IMG/VR virus record: IMGVR_UViG_3300028374_000796
Length of the DNA stretch: 64,000 bases
Source of the DNA: a virus
Direction: 5' to 3' (one strand)
Shown one piece after another: positions 1-9,755 of the stretch. The notes under the pieces are model-generated. The model was given only the letters and a program-made list of their open reading frames with translations, searched no databases and was not told where the DNA came from. Both the position numbers and the translations under genes were made by a program. Positions within the stretch are counted from its first letter, which is position 1; the number at the start of each line of letters is the position of its first letter.

Positions 1-175
1 GCTTGTACTTGGCAGTAACTTTGCCAATCTTACCAACGATGGGGACTCCATCACTTTTGGAAGCTTTTTCTTTGAAAACACAACAAATCTTAGCTCCAAT
101 AAGATCTGCGTGGTACTTCATGTATGATTGAACAATATCGTTGACTTCGTCTGCAATCCAATAATCTTGTGCCAT
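1..175 (-). CDS. Putative phage metallopeptidase-like protein (partial, runs off window start)
   Basis: Not in the ORF track. ATG at 175 with AAGGAG RBS upstream. Reads MAQDYWIADEVNDIVQSYMKYHADLIGAKICCVFKEKASKSDGVPIVGKIGKVTAKYK, resembling the N-terminus of phage metallopeptidase-like proteins; the HExxH motif is not in the window. Confidence 0.6.
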   Translation of the reverse strand, partial: MAQDYWIADEVNDIVQSYMKYHADLIGAKICCVFKEKASKSDGVPIVGKIGKVTAKYK

Positions 176-211
176 AATAGTGGCTCCTTGTTTTTCGGTT
201 CGTGTTAATTA

Positions 212-967
212 TTACCCAAAAAGGGGTCCTGCTCTATTTGAACTATTGAGAGAGTAAAAAAGTTCCGATCCAAATTGTTGCCGGAAACTTTCTTCTCCCA
301 ATCTCTCCCATGAATCGGAAGGGTCACTTCCGCCATATGAGACTTTCTCAATGATATCGAAATCTCTCCGATATTCTCTATAAAACTTGTTAAAAAACTT
401 CTCCCCCTGTTCATCATGATCGAACATGATATGTACTCGATCTACATAACGTTTAAGAAATGTGATCTGTTCAGGGTTCAACGTAGCTGTACCACAACAC
501 AGTGTATTTGGAAAGACCCTTTGCATTGGAAACAGATCAAAGATCCCTTCCACCAAATAAACTTCTCTAGTCTCCCATATATGAGGCATGGCCACATTAG
601 TCCCAAAAAAGAGAGCGTCTATGTCTGCCCTCAGTGTATACAACTTCCAATAGTCTTTGATCTTGGGGTCTGGAGTTCTAATCTGAAGAGCCTTTTTAAT
701 TCCGATAGCATTGGTCATAGGGAAAAGGAGTTTACCTTTCAGCTTAACTCCTTTACCAGACTGCTTCCAATAATGCAACTCTTCTTCAGTTGCTTTCTTA
801 GGATCTATATAAGGAGGCCACTCATCTTCTGGGATGTATCCTAAGTTGAGGTCTGTAATTTGATCTTCTGAAACTCCTCGGGACGCCAGATATCTAAGAG
901 CTTTTTGGCTTTTAGATATGTGTTTTGCCCCTTCTTTAAAAATTTGGTCCAGATAAAACTTGCTCAT
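212..967 (-). CDS. dnaG: DnaG-like DNA primase catalytic core (TOPRIM), no N-terminal zinc-binding domain
   Basis: YLASRG, LGY, LLFP motifs; TOPRIM LVEGIFD and MFDHDEQG; DPSD near the C-terminus. Confidence 0.85.
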   Translation of the reverse strand: MSKFYLDQIFKEGAKHISKSQKALRYLASRGVSEDQITDLNLGYIPEDEWPPYIDPKKATEEELHYWKQSGKGVKLKGKLLFPMTNAIGIKKALQIRTPDPKIKDYWKLYTLRADIDALFFGTNVAMPHIWETREVYLVEGIFDLFPMQRVFPNTLCCGTATLNPEQITFLKRYVDRVHIMFDHDEQGEKFFNKFYREYRRDFDIIEKVSYGGSDPSDSWERLGEESFRQQFGSELFYSLNSSNRAGPLFG

Positions 968-1224
968 TTCATTTCTCTCGTACTAATCGTTTTAGATATT
1001 CGTCTAATTCTTTTTCTGTCAATAACCTTTTCTGTGACTCTAACAACTCCTTCCAAGAAAGTAGAAGAATTACTGGACCTTGTGAGAAGTTTTAAACTGC
1101 ATTCGTTATTGGGTTCTAAAACCATAATACAGTCTTTGATATTTAATCCTTTAAGGCGTGCTTTGAACCCTGTAGCATCTATGCTAGTAAGGTCTTCTGT
1201 ATTTTGGAAACGATAATTACTCAT
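964..1224 (-). CDS. Hypothetical protein
   Basis: 86-aa ORF overlapping both neighbours in operon fashion. Confidence 0.65.
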   Translation of the reverse strand: MSNYRFQNTEDLTSIDATGFKARLKGLNIKDCIMVLEPNNECSLKLLTRSSNSSTFLEGVVRVTEKVIDRKRIRRISKTISTREMK

Positions 1225-1960
1225 TTGCAGACTCAGTATTATTATCCTCTTCCTCTACCTCTTCCCCTACTTCTTCTTCGGTTTCGTGCTCTGGCTCGGG
1301 GAGACGGACTACGACCACCCCTCTTTCTGCATTATGAAGGAAAATAGTAATATTCGTGTCAATTCTAGTTAATATCCCCACAAACGAGGGGTGCGCCGAA
1401 AAAACAATATAGGGTCCTAGAAATTCATTTAAGAATACTGGTCTGGTATCTAGCATCCCAACAACAAAATGCTCTTTTTCCCACTCTTTTAGAGTATTCA
1501 GATCCGGAAGTTCGGAAACTCCACCCTTACCTGAGGGATGAACCAATATACCAGTTTCTTGAAGGGCTTTATATCCTCTAGGACCACACATGATTTGAAA
1601 CATGGAGAGATCATAGGTCAAAAAATACTCTTTGATGTCGTCGATCTCATTTCGAGTAAATGAATCCATCATGGCTACGCCGCCCCACTTATTTTCACAA
1701 CCCTCTATAAATATCTGGTCGACCAATTCTGCATGAAACGCATCTTCATCCTGAGGCTCTAATTCAAAGAAATTGGTAGGGACACCTACCTTAGCGTTTC
1801 CTACACACTGAACCTTACCACGGGAAGTAGACACAAAAAAACTGTCTAGATCCTGATGAGGATTCATACGCATAGTGAGGGGAGTTTTTAATCCCGCCTT
1901 CTTCTCTTTCATTTTCTTGCGATGAACTTCCGTCGAAAGAAATTTAGTGAGTGCTGACAT
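1217..1960 (-). CDS. Hypothetical protein with acidic C-terminal tail
   Basis: 247-aa ORF in the co-directional operon; no family recognised. Confidence 0.8.
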   Translation of the reverse strand: MSALTKFLSTEVHRKKMKEKKAGLKTPLTMRMNPHQDLDSFFVSTSRGKVQCVGNAKVGVPTNFFELEPQDEDAFHAELVDQIFIEGCENKWGGVAMMDSFTRNEIDDIKEYFLTYDLSMFQIMCGPRGYKALQETGILVHPSGKGGVSELPDLNTLKEWEKEHFVVGMLDTRPVFLNEFLGPYIVFSAHPSFVGILTRIDTNITIFLHNAERGVVVVRLPEPEHETEEEVGEEVEEEDNNTESANE

Positions 1961-1966
1961 TAGTAA

Positions 1967-2434
1967 TTACCCCAGTCCCATATTTCGGATTGCACAACTT
2001 ATTCGATGAAGTTGAAAAACGAACCAGACCCAAAAGGCTTGATACCATTTTTGGTCCCAACTATAAACCTTCTCTTCTAGAACCCACTGTAATGCAGCTA
2101 TGTCCTTATAGCTGTTGGCCACCACAACTTCATCTTCCAGTTTTTCTTCAAAGTCACTTTGAATGCTTTCCCTAGTATTTTTACAGGAAAAATAAGGACA
2201 GTTCTTGGCGGTTTCTTCATCATCGCAGATAAAACCTTGCCATTCCTCTGGGTTCTCCGCAGCAAGTAGACATAAACCTATCTCCACTTCCTCTCCCTCT
2301 TCATTGGTGGAAGTATGTCTATAGTTGTTTACACAGTTCTTAGGACACTGGCTCAATTTTTCCTTGTACTGACGAGACAGATACTTTCTCTTTACGGTTC
2401 TTAACTTCTTTTTAACTTCTTTATTAGAATGCAT
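1967..2434 (-). CDS. Hypothetical Cys-rich protein
   Basis: 155 aa; CPxNC, C, C, CPxFxC pattern and a hydrophobic C-terminus. Confidence 0.75.
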   Translation of the reverse strand: MHSNKEVKKKLRTVKRKYLSRQYKEKLSQCPKNCVNNYRHTSTNEEGEEVEIGLCLLAAENPEEWQGFICDDEETAKNCPYFSCKNTRESIQSDFEEKLEDEVVVANSYKDIAALQWVLEEKVYSWDQKWYQAFWVWFVFQLHRISCAIRNMGLG

Positions 2435-2447
2435 CTTATCCCTTTCA

Positions 2448-3080
2448 TTAATTTGACTGTTTCGATAAAACTAAGGCTCCAGAATTATCTAAAGTAGCTT
2501 CATAGGCGGTGTCTGCATATTCCAGAAAACTTTTGTTGTGCGTTATCAGCAATACATCTATATCTAACTCATCACACATTTTCTGAATAAATTCTCCGGC
2601 ATTTGGAACATAATCAGAAGATAAAGCCGCAAGACTTTCATCCAATATCAAGTATCGTGCTAATTTCTTTTTCAGAAGCACCAGAAGGCGCAGGAGAAGA
2701 CTTTCGACGCTTGTTACCCCACCGCCAAAGCTTTGAAGACACTGACCTCTAATACCATCCTCAACCGTTTCAAAATCAACCCAGACCTTCCCCCTTTTCT
2801 GGTCTACGGCAACATCAAAAGATATATCCTGATCATGGAAAATTGTCTGTAAACCTTCGGTGACGATTTCAGAAAAACTCTCTGCATATTTATGAACGTA
2901 TTTGTCAAGTAAGAATTTGAATAATTCTTCTACTTTTTCTAAAACTAAAATCTCTTCCCTAGATTCTTCTATCTCTTCTTTATAGGATTTTTCTTGTTTT
3001 ACCAATACATCATAGGTGGCCGAAACTCTATCAGACCGCTTTATCAGATCTTCGTATTTATTTAGGTCTTCATCAAGCAT
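2448..3080 (-). CDS. sbcC: SbcC/Rad50-like ABC ATPase, C-terminal half
   Basis: Coiled coil, then signature QSFGGG, Walker B LILDE, D-loop SLAALS and H-loop LITHN; no Walker A. Start placed at MLDED (3080) because the upstream GTG lies within a terminator. Confidence 0.85.
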   Translation of the reverse strand: MLDEDLNKYEDLIKRSDRVSATYDVLVKQEKSYKEEIEESREEILVLEKVEELFKFLLDKYVHKYAESFSEIVTEGLQTIFHDQDISFDVAVDQKRGKVWVDFETVEDGIRGQCLQSFGGGVTSVESLLLRLLVLLKKKLARYLILDESLAALSSDYVPNAGEFIQKMCDELDIDVLLITHNKSFLEYADTAYEATLDNSGALVLSKQSN

Positions 3081-3093
3081 TATTATAACTCCA

Positions 3094-3131
3094 AAAAAGC
3101 CCCCTCCCACTCTTTAAAGAAGGAGGAGGCC
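3094..3131 (-). terminator. Rho-independent terminator after the clamp gene
   Basis: Minus strand GGCCTCCTCC...GGGAGGGGGC followed by TTTTTT. Confidence 0.6.
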
Positions 3132-3137
3132 ATTCAC

Positions 3138-4289
3138 TTATAGTATGATGTCTTCTCTGAGAGTCATCAAGCAAACCTTAGTATCGCCTTCGGGAGTTTC
3201 CTCATAGAATTTGAGGTACTTCTCTGTAGGACTATATGCCAGATGAAAATCTTCTCCAAAAGATCCCAGTGCTTTCGTCAACAAAGGGTGTGCTGCTGAA
3301 AATTCCAAGTCAGCCTGACCTCTGGACCGATTACAGGGAACAGAAACCGTTGCGTTTTTTCTTTCCGCAAAAGTTCTCATACTCATATTGAGTACCGCAG
3401 TGTCTCCCGTACCCGTAACTTTTAGCTTCAAATACTTATCATTTTCATCTGCGGTAGCTAGAAGAGCGCCGATTGCTTGCTTCAGACGATCTTTATCTAG
3501 CGACCAAACATCTTCCTCTACCAACGTATCAGGAATTCCTTTGAACAAGGGAAGGTCATGACGTTGTTTAGAAAAACCAAAGAAAGAACCGGGGCTAGTT
3601 TCGAAAAAGAACACGGTATCTGTAGCTCGGATTTTAACTCGAAAGTCATCTTCTTGCCTTTTCAAATAAGTACGGGCAGGAGCGATCTGTTCTTGACCAA
3701 TCTTCCAACCTGTATCAAGTTTGGGGCAACAATACAGCGCCATTAGTTTGGCGTCCGTACCAAAAAATTGACCGTCCCTTACCTGTGCTACTTTCAACTT
3801 TCCAGTTGGGTCTGAATTCGTAATAGAATCCGATACCATAGGAGAAACAAAACCAAGGGACTCTAGAATGGTTCCTACTTCTATCTCAGAAACAACCTCA
3901 GAGTTCTTATAAGCGGTTTCAAATCGCTTGGAGGGGAACTTGTTGTGGTCCTTAATGGAAGGGAAAGGACTTTCTACAGAGCCACATTTGAAAGTAACTT
4001 GATCCCCATTCAACCCAATCTCAATAGTATCTTCGATGACGTTAGAAATCCATTTAGAAAGACGAGACTCTTTTACCGCAAAAACTCCCTCACCTTTGGT
4101 TTCTTCTACGCCATCTTCGTCAGTGAGAACGATATTGGTATAGACCTGATTATTAGAGGCTTTGATTGTAAGCTTGTTTTCTTCTACTTTAAACAGGATC
4201 GAAGACGTGATCTCTCCATCTTTTTGTACAGATGAAGACAATACTTTCAGGCAATCCTGCAATACATTTTTATTAATTACTACTCTCAT
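3138..4289 (-). CDS. dnaN: DNA polymerase III beta-like sliding clamp
   Basis: 383 aa; N-terminus MRVVINKNVLQDCLKVLSS and ILFKVEENKLTIKASN; GTD motif; size and pattern match the beta clamp. Confidence 0.75.
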   Translation of the reverse strand: MRVVINKNVLQDCLKVLSSSVQKDGEITSSILFKVEENKLTIKASNNQVYTNIVLTDEDGVEETKGEGVFAVKESRLSKWISNVIEDTIEIGLNGDQVTFKCGSVESPFPSIKDHNKFPSKRFETAYKNSEVVSEIEVGTILESLGFVSPMVSDSITNSDPTGKLKVAQVRDGQFFGTDAKLMALYCCPKLDTGWKIGQEQIAPARTYLKRQEDDFRVKIRATDTVFFFETSPGSFFGFSKQRHDLPLFKGIPDTLVEEDVWSLDKDRLKQAIGALLATADENDKYLKLKVTGTGDTAVLNMSMRTFAERKNATVSVPCNRSRGQADLEFSAAHPLLTKALGSFGEDFHLAYSPTEKYLKFYEETPEGDTKVCLMTLREDIIL

Positions 4290-4333
4290 GGTAGTCTCCT
4301 ATGCTTCTTTTACTAGTAATGATGATGAGGGGT

Positions 4334-4606
4334 TTAATTGTCATATTTAGACAAGGAATCTTCCACTTCGGAAAGGGCAGTCTCGAAAACTGCGATCTTT
4401 CCATTCAAGATCCTCTTTTTCTCTACGATCAAGTCCGGTAGGTCTTCCAATGAGAATCCCTTTGCCTCTGCTTTTTCATTGAGCTTTTTCAACTTTTCTT
4501 GGGCAGCATTAAGGACTGCCATTTTCTGAGCACGATCGTTAACCAACCGTTCTCTCTTTTCCTTAGCTTTTTTGATTCTATCTTCAAACTCTTTCTGTTC
4601 ACTCAT
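4334..4606 (-). CDS. Small coiled-coil protein
   Basis: 90 aa, K/E-rich heptads. Confidence 0.75.
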   Translation of the reverse strand: MSEQKEFEDRIKKAKEKRERLVNDRAQKMAVLNAAQEKLKKLNEKAEAKGFSLEDLPDLIVEKKRILNGKIAVFETALSEVEDSLSKYDN

Positions 4607-4637
4607 TTAGTATTCCTCTTCATTTCTTTGGGGTAAA

Positions 4638-5537
4638 TTACTCGGATTTCAGACTATCAAACCCAATATGTGTTGGGCCTTTCTTCTTAAAATCTGCTTC
4701 GATTTGAGGTTTTTTGCTATTACTAGCCCTCTTTATCTTATTAGCTCTCTTCTGACTTTGACGCTCACTACAGATTTGTTCATAAGGACACCATTGACAG
4801 TGTGAATAATGTGGGTTAGCCTTGAAACGTCTTTTACGGATATCTTCAATGACTTCCTCGATTTCCATTTTTAATTCTTTGATCTTAGCCCGCTCTACTG
4901 GAATCCAATCCATTGCTAGTTCGGGATCATCTGCAAAACGATAAAAATAAAAACCCATTTTATCTGGTAGCTTTTTATAGCGGAGATAAAACATTAGGGC
5001 ATAATAATATAGCTGTTGAACATCTACATATTTTTCGCGATGCTTCGAGGCTTTTCCATCAAGTAAAAGAACTTGTCCATCTTGGCGGCGGATAATAAAG
5101 TCGATATATCCCAACAAAAAATCCGAGGATCCAAAACGAACTTTAATATTCACTTCGCTCTTAGCATAAGGACCTAAGAAACCTTCTCTCTTGATCCCTT
5201 CCAGCACTTTTGGTACAATCTCATAACACTCTTTAAGAGGTTCTGTTGAAGTAGCAAAACGACATCGAGGATCATTGAAATCCACATAATTATCCGCAAG
5301 GAACTCATAGTAATACTTCTCAGTACGTTCAATTAGCGTGTCAGAGGTTTTTCCACCTCTTCTCCACAACTCATCGTTGTAAAAATCTTCATAAACCCTC
5401 TGAACTACCGATCCAATAATAGCATTATGCTTTGAATCCTTGACAGGAGGTTCTTGTTTTTTTACACGCTTCAAGTCATATTGCTTAGAGCAAGTTTTAT
5501 ATTGTTTAAACGCGCTATATGATAACCATATACCCAT
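4638..5537 (-). CDS. PD-(D/E)XK nuclease (RecB/AddB/Cas4-like)
   Basis: LSYSAF..C N-terminus; GYID...LLDGK; QLYYY; C-terminal CQWCPYEQIC. Confidence 0.85.
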   Translation of the reverse strand: MGIWLSYSAFKQYKTCSKQYDLKRVKKQEPPVKDSKHNAIIGSVVQRVYEDFYNDELWRRGGKTSDTLIERTEKYYYEFLADNYVDFNDPRCRFATSTEPLKECYEIVPKVLEGIKREGFLGPYAKSEVNIKVRFGSSDFLLGYIDFIIRRQDGQVLLLDGKASKHREKYVDVQQLYYYALMFYLRYKKLPDKMGFYFYRFADDPELAMDWIPVERAKIKELKMEIEEVIEDIRKRRFKANPHYSHCQWCPYEQICSERQSQKRANKIKRASNSKKPQIEADFKKKGPTHIGFDSLKSE

Positions 5538-5596
5538 ATTAGTTTACCTCTTAAAAGACACTTCCTAAACGTATAGGCGTGCCGGTTCAATTCCAC

Positions 5597-7039
5597 TCAA
5601 TTATCTTTAGGACTGGTCATAAAAAATTCTCCAATTCCCATTTCATCTGGTAATTCTTCTTCTGACTCCAAAGGAACATAGCGATCATCCCATTGATCAT
5701 AGGTTTCCCTAGTATATTCTGCTAATCGTTCTTCTGCGATTTGGGCATACTCAGGATTAAGTTCTACTCCCACGGAATCCCTACCTAATTTTAGGGACAC
5801 AAGTGCTGTGGTAGCTGCTCCCATAAAAGGATCGAGTACCGTACAAGGGACTATCTTGTGGTCTTCACAGGTACAGGTAGGTTCCCACCCTTTCTCTGTT
5901 CCTTTATAATTTTGGGAAGCAGAGTGCCCTTTTTTAAGTCGAGTGCCGTCATCGTTTTCGAGATCTATTTCTGAGGTTTCAAAACCGCCACCCTTGGTTT
6001 GAGGGGTAGGAACTCCTTTTTTACCAAGGATACCTTCAGGGTTTCCGGGATGATCCATTTGACGGACATAAGGTGCGCCGCATTGAGAACAACATCCTTT
6101 CTCAGAAGTTCCCGCTTTCACACAAGGTTCTACTAACGATTCAGGTGCCGTTGCGAAATGAGCACCCCTATAAGAACTTGTTCCTATACACCAAACGTTT
6201 CTTCGGTTCCGTCCCCCAGCTACAGGAGACATAGAGGGCATACTTACTCCATTTCCTGAATACGCCATATTTTCACTGTCCGCATAACTACCCACGTGTC
6301 CCATCTCTTTTCTTTCTTCCCAGGATCCCCTTCCGTCAATTGCAGTAGCGGGTGTTTCCCTAATAGCAACATGGTCGTAGAAATATTTTTCAGACTTGGT
6401 TAGGAGGAAAAGGGACTCCGAGGATGTAGTGCATCGATCCTGGACTGATTCCGGCATACAAGTACCAACATGTAAATTCATGTTGTCTAATGCTGCTCGG
6501 GCTTTTTCGGGAGAGATTCCTGCCATTCTCATGGCCTTCCAAGCTTCATCTTGAAAATCATCCTGACCACTTATACCCTTTGCCCATGTTATTTCTTGTC
6601 GGAGATACCAACCGTCTGCTTGTAATGCAAAAGCAGCGCGCCAGGGAATACCAATGAGATCTTTTGGTTTGATCACACTGTGCCCCCCTAAATTGGCAGA
6701 GGCGGATTCAAAATGATATTTGCTTTCATCATTTTTTCCACTTACATTTCCGTTATGAGACTTGACTGTCTTACGGTTTCCCCTTGAGTATGAGTCCCCT
6801 ATATTCAACCAAAGAGTTCCATCCCCTCTTAGAACTCTTCTTGCTTCTCTCATTACTTCTGTGAGTGCAGCAACAAATTCTTCGGGGCTTGGCTCCATAC
6901 CTATCTGAGCATCGTTTCCATAATTTCTAAGCCCAAAATACGGTGGGCTTGTCCAAATCATATGAACACTTTCATCTTCCAGAGTCTTTAACTGCTCTCG
7001 ACAATCCCCTACCAATATTTTCCAGTCTTTTTTTGTCAC
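5597..7039 (-). CDS. Site-specific DNA methyltransferase, N4-C/N6-A family, beta order
   Basis: TSPPY motif IV near the N-terminus, HFATAP, VLDPFMGAATT motif I near the C-terminus; Cys-rich insertion CCSQCG...CTC. Confidence 0.9.
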   Translation of the reverse strand: MTKKDWKILVGDCREQLKTLEDESVHMIWTSPPYFGLRNYGNDAQIGMEPSPEEFVAALTEVMREARRVLRGDGTLWLNIGDSYSRGNRKTVKSHNGNVSGKNDESKYHFESASANLGGHSVIKPKDLIGIPWRAAFALQADGWYLRQEITWAKGISGQDDFQDEAWKAMRMAGISPEKARAALDNMNLHVGTCMPESVQDRCTTSSESLFLLTKSEKYFYDHVAIRETPATAIDGRGSWEERKEMGHVGSYADSENMAYSGNGVSMPSMSPVAGGRNRRNVWCIGTSSYRGAHFATAPESLVEPCVKAGTSEKGCCSQCGAPYVRQMDHPGNPEGILGKKGVPTPQTKGGGFETSEIDLENDDGTRLKKGHSASQNYKGTEKGWEPTCTCEDHKIVPCTVLDPFMGAATTALVSLKLGRDSVGVELNPEYAQIAEERLAEYTRETYDQWDDRYVPLESEEELPDEMGIGEFFMTSPKDN

Positions 7040-7050
7040 GATAATCTCTC

Positions 7051-7506
7051 TTAATCCTTTAAAGCGAAAACAGCATGTTTATGTCTCCAAACTTTATAGT
7101 TTGATCCGGTGAGTGTCTGGAGGTTTTTGACAGTGAATCCCTTTTGGAACGTTCCTGTTCTAGTTAAAATGCCATCATTGAAAGGAGTACCATTCCCTGT
7201 AGGGATATTTTTTGGATGTCTGACTGCAATTAATACCTTGGTTCCCAACTTATTGAGATCCGATATAACTTCTTCTCGTTCCTGAGGATCCTCTATGACG
7301 TTAAGAACATAAGAACAAAGGACCCAATCAAAGTGACCTTTAGGTCGATCTGGAAAGTAATGAGGATCATATCCTAGAACTTCCCAACCGCCCTCAGAAA
7401 AGGCTTCGATGTCTTTGCCATGTCCACAACCATAATCCAAAATAAAGGAAGGTTCTTCGTTCTCCATAAGCCATCGACAAGGCATTGAGGCATTGCTTCT
7501 ACGCAT
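7051..7506 (-). CDS. Class I SAM-dependent methyltransferase
   Basis: ILDYGCGHGKD, GYDP, FDWVLCSYVLNVI motifs. Confidence 0.75.
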   Translation of the reverse strand: MRRSNASMPCRWLMENEEPSFILDYGCGHGKDIEAFSEGGWEVLGYDPHYFPDRPKGHFDWVLCSYVLNVIEDPQEREEVISDLNKLGTKVLIAVRHPKNIPTGNGTPFNDGILTRTGTFQKGFTVKNLQTLTGSNYKVWRHKHAVFALKD

Positions 7507-7531
7507 AGCAGTTTTGTATCAGGGAATAATA

Positions 7532-8512
7532 TCAGTCATTATCTAACATCGCGTCTTCGAGATACTTAATTGCTTTGCTCTGTACTTCACCTCTAAAAGA
7601 TGAAAGCGATCGGATGGTGGTAAAAATATCATCCTCATCCTCATCTTCTGCGCTAGCAGTTAAAGAGGAGATGAATTGGTCGATATCTCTTTTCTCATTT
7701 TCGAGACGGCGGTGTCTCTCTAGATCAAAAATGTTATCGCTATCTTCCACTTCATACTCAATAGCTTCAGTATTAATAGAGACAATTCCTTCCACATCTT
7801 TGCCTATCTCAATATATCCGAAACGTGGAATGCGAGTCAGGTTATCCTGTACCAAAGAACCCCGAGTCATTGACCCTAGATTCATAAAGGTAGTTCCCTG
7901 AACCTTCTGAATACCTTGGTCCACATGAAGGTGGCCAAATACAAATAAGTCTGGGCTGCATTCCGATAGGTCAAAATAGGAAAGGCTTTCTTCTGTGCCC
8001 GCAAATAGTAACTCTCCTTTGGGAGTTGCACTTGCATGAACACAGGCGATCAAAACATCCTCATCTCCCCTATCAACATCAAAATCCTTTGGTTCATAAT
8101 CGCTTCTATAGGGGAATCCCAGAACTCTCACTTTCAGATCCCCATCTTCAAAAAGGTGATCTGTCATCTGCGTAAAAATGCCTGCGGAGAAAAGAACCTG
8201 TAGAGGTTGCCTTTCCAAATAATTGATATTGTTATAGGGAAAATCATGGTTGCCGGGATTCTCATAGATCGGACAGTCATAAAACTGACGATGCAAATCA
8301 ATAACCCTTCTCACCATTTCATGCGAGTTCTTAGTAGCTGCTTTAGCATGGAAGAAATCACCATTGTCTAGAACAGCATCACAGCCCTTACTAGAGGCAA
8401 AGATCCCCACTTGCTTGAGCTTGTCTAGGCAAGTGGTTAAGTAATCGTCTACGCGGCTCTGAGGGGCTTTGTCATGGACATGACAGTCTGTACGCACTGT
8501 AAATTTAATCAT
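7532..8512 (-). CDS. sbcD: SbcD/Mre11-like metallophosphoesterase nuclease
   Basis: TDCH, NGDFFH, PGNHD, CVH and GHLH motifs; adjacent to the SbcC N-half. Confidence 0.9.
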   Translation of the reverse strand: MIKFTVRTDCHVHDKAPQSRVDDYLTTCLDKLKQVGIFASSKGCDAVLDNGDFFHAKAATKNSHEMVRRVIDLHRQFYDCPIYENPGNHDFPYNNINYLERQPLQVLFSAGIFTQMTDHLFEDGDLKVRVLGFPYRSDYEPKDFDVDRGDEDVLIACVHASATPKGELLFAGTEESLSYFDLSECSPDLFVFGHLHVDQGIQKVQGTTFMNLGSMTRGSLVQDNLTRIPRFGYIEIGKDVEGIVSINTEAIEYEVEDSDNIFDLERHRRLENEKRDIDQFISSLTASAEDEDEDDIFTTIRSLSSFRGEVQSKAIKYLEDAMLDND

Positions 8513-9684
8513 TCCCCTACCTCAACTCCACAGACGGGACATTCTCCCGCGTCTACTAATATAGAATGTACTTCGTTGGCTACATCTTCTATATCCGAAT
8601 TCAACGTTTCAATTTCGGACTTTAATTGGGGTATCGAATCCAAACATCGCTGAGAATCTTCTAATAATTCTTCCAATTCTTGATATTCATCATAAAGCTC
8701 TTGAATATCATTAGGCTCTGGGATATCAATATCAACTAGGCCGTCATAAATAGCCACATCTTTTTGAGCAGAGGTAACATGACTTTGGAAAACCGTTAAC
8801 GTTCTTAGGAGGTTGATCAAATCAGCTTCATCGAAAGTTGGAATTTCAATATTGGAAAGACCCTCATATCTCTCCACAATCAAGGTCTGTTCTGACGATA
8901 TATCGTAAAAAGCTTCAAAAGCTTTGAGAGCAGAAAGGATACTGTCTCCATCCCATTTAGGAATAACTAATTCTTCTAATCCGGTAAGGGACGTTACAAT
9001 GAGATCAGCTTCATCTTTCTCTTCTTTAAGGGTATCTAGGTGACGAATGTCTTCTTTAAATTCGCCTATATCATGATGCTGTGTTTTTAATTCTTCTACT
9101 TGTCTCATATCGTCCTCTAACTCGTCATAATTCTTTAACTCTTCTTGCGTGGACGCCAGATCCTTTTCTCTTAGTCGTACTACTGAGTCCAGGTTCTTAC
9201 GGTCTTTCTGGCAATTTCGGAAAGCTACTTGAACCTCAGACAGACGCCCAATATCTGAAATAATCTCAGCTGCTTCGGATCCTGTAACTTTTGAAGGGTC
9301 CAAAAGAAAAATTGGATTAAACTGAGAAGCTACTTGAACACTGATCTTGGACCTACTAGATTCGATATCTCTAAACCCAGCTTCCCCAATATGTTCGGGT
9401 GATCCACGTCCAACATTTTCTAATTTTTCCCCATTAATTTCATAGTCGTTATGCCCTCCCCCTTTTTTCCAAAGGAGATCTATTTCAGGACATTGGATAT
9501 GAACTTCGGTATGGTGTTCATCTTTACGAACAAAGGAATCACCTTCCAGATTAGTAAGAGCGCCGTCTATGGCTCTAACAATTGCACTTTTCCCTATATT
9601 AGAACGCCCTACAATGGTAGTGAAACCCTTGATCTCTAAGTCTACTTCTTTGATACTTTGAAAATTTTTAATCTTTACTTTCAT
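8509..9684 (-). CDS. sbcC: SbcC/Rad50-like ATPase, N-terminal half ending in a CxxC hook
   Basis: IKNFQS, Walker A GRSNIGKS, Q-loop SQF, coiled coil, C-terminal CPVC. Confidence 0.88.
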   Translation of the reverse strand: MKVKIKNFQSIKEVDLEIKGFTTIVGRSNIGKSAIVRAIDGALTNLEGDSFVRKDEHHTEVHIQCPEIDLLWKKGGGHNDYEINGEKLENVGRGSPEHIGEAGFRDIESSRSKISVQVASQFNPIFLLDPSKVTGSEAAEIISDIGRLSEVQVAFRNCQKDRKNLDSVVRLREKDLASTQEELKNYDELEDDMRQVEELKTQHHDIGEFKEDIRHLDTLKEEKDEADLIVTSLTGLEELVIPKWDGDSILSALKAFEAFYDISSEQTLIVERYEGLSNIEIPTFDEADLINLLRTLTVFQSHVTSAQKDVAIYDGLVDIDIPEPNDIQELYDEYQELEELLEDSQRCLDSIPQLKSEIETLNSDIEDVANEVHSILVDAGECPVCGVEVGE

Positions 9685-9714
9685 GATAGTGATCCCTCTT
9701 TTCTAATTACATAA

Positions 9715-9748
9715 AAATCCCCCACACCCATAAAGGCATGGGGGATTT
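9715..9748 (-). terminator. Terminator-like hairpin after recA
   Basis: AAATCCCCCA / TGGGGGATTT inverted repeat with a T-run on the minus strand. Confidence 0.55.
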
Positions 9749-9755
9749 AAAAGAA

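Noticed and set aside
5546-5597. tRNA-Leu(TAA)-like fragment CTTAAAA...CCTA/TAGG...CGTGCCGGTTCAATTCC on the plus strand
   Set aside because: The anticodon stem does not pair, only 2 of 5 T-stem pairs form, and there is no D-arm or acceptor stem. At most a relic, not a functional tRNA.
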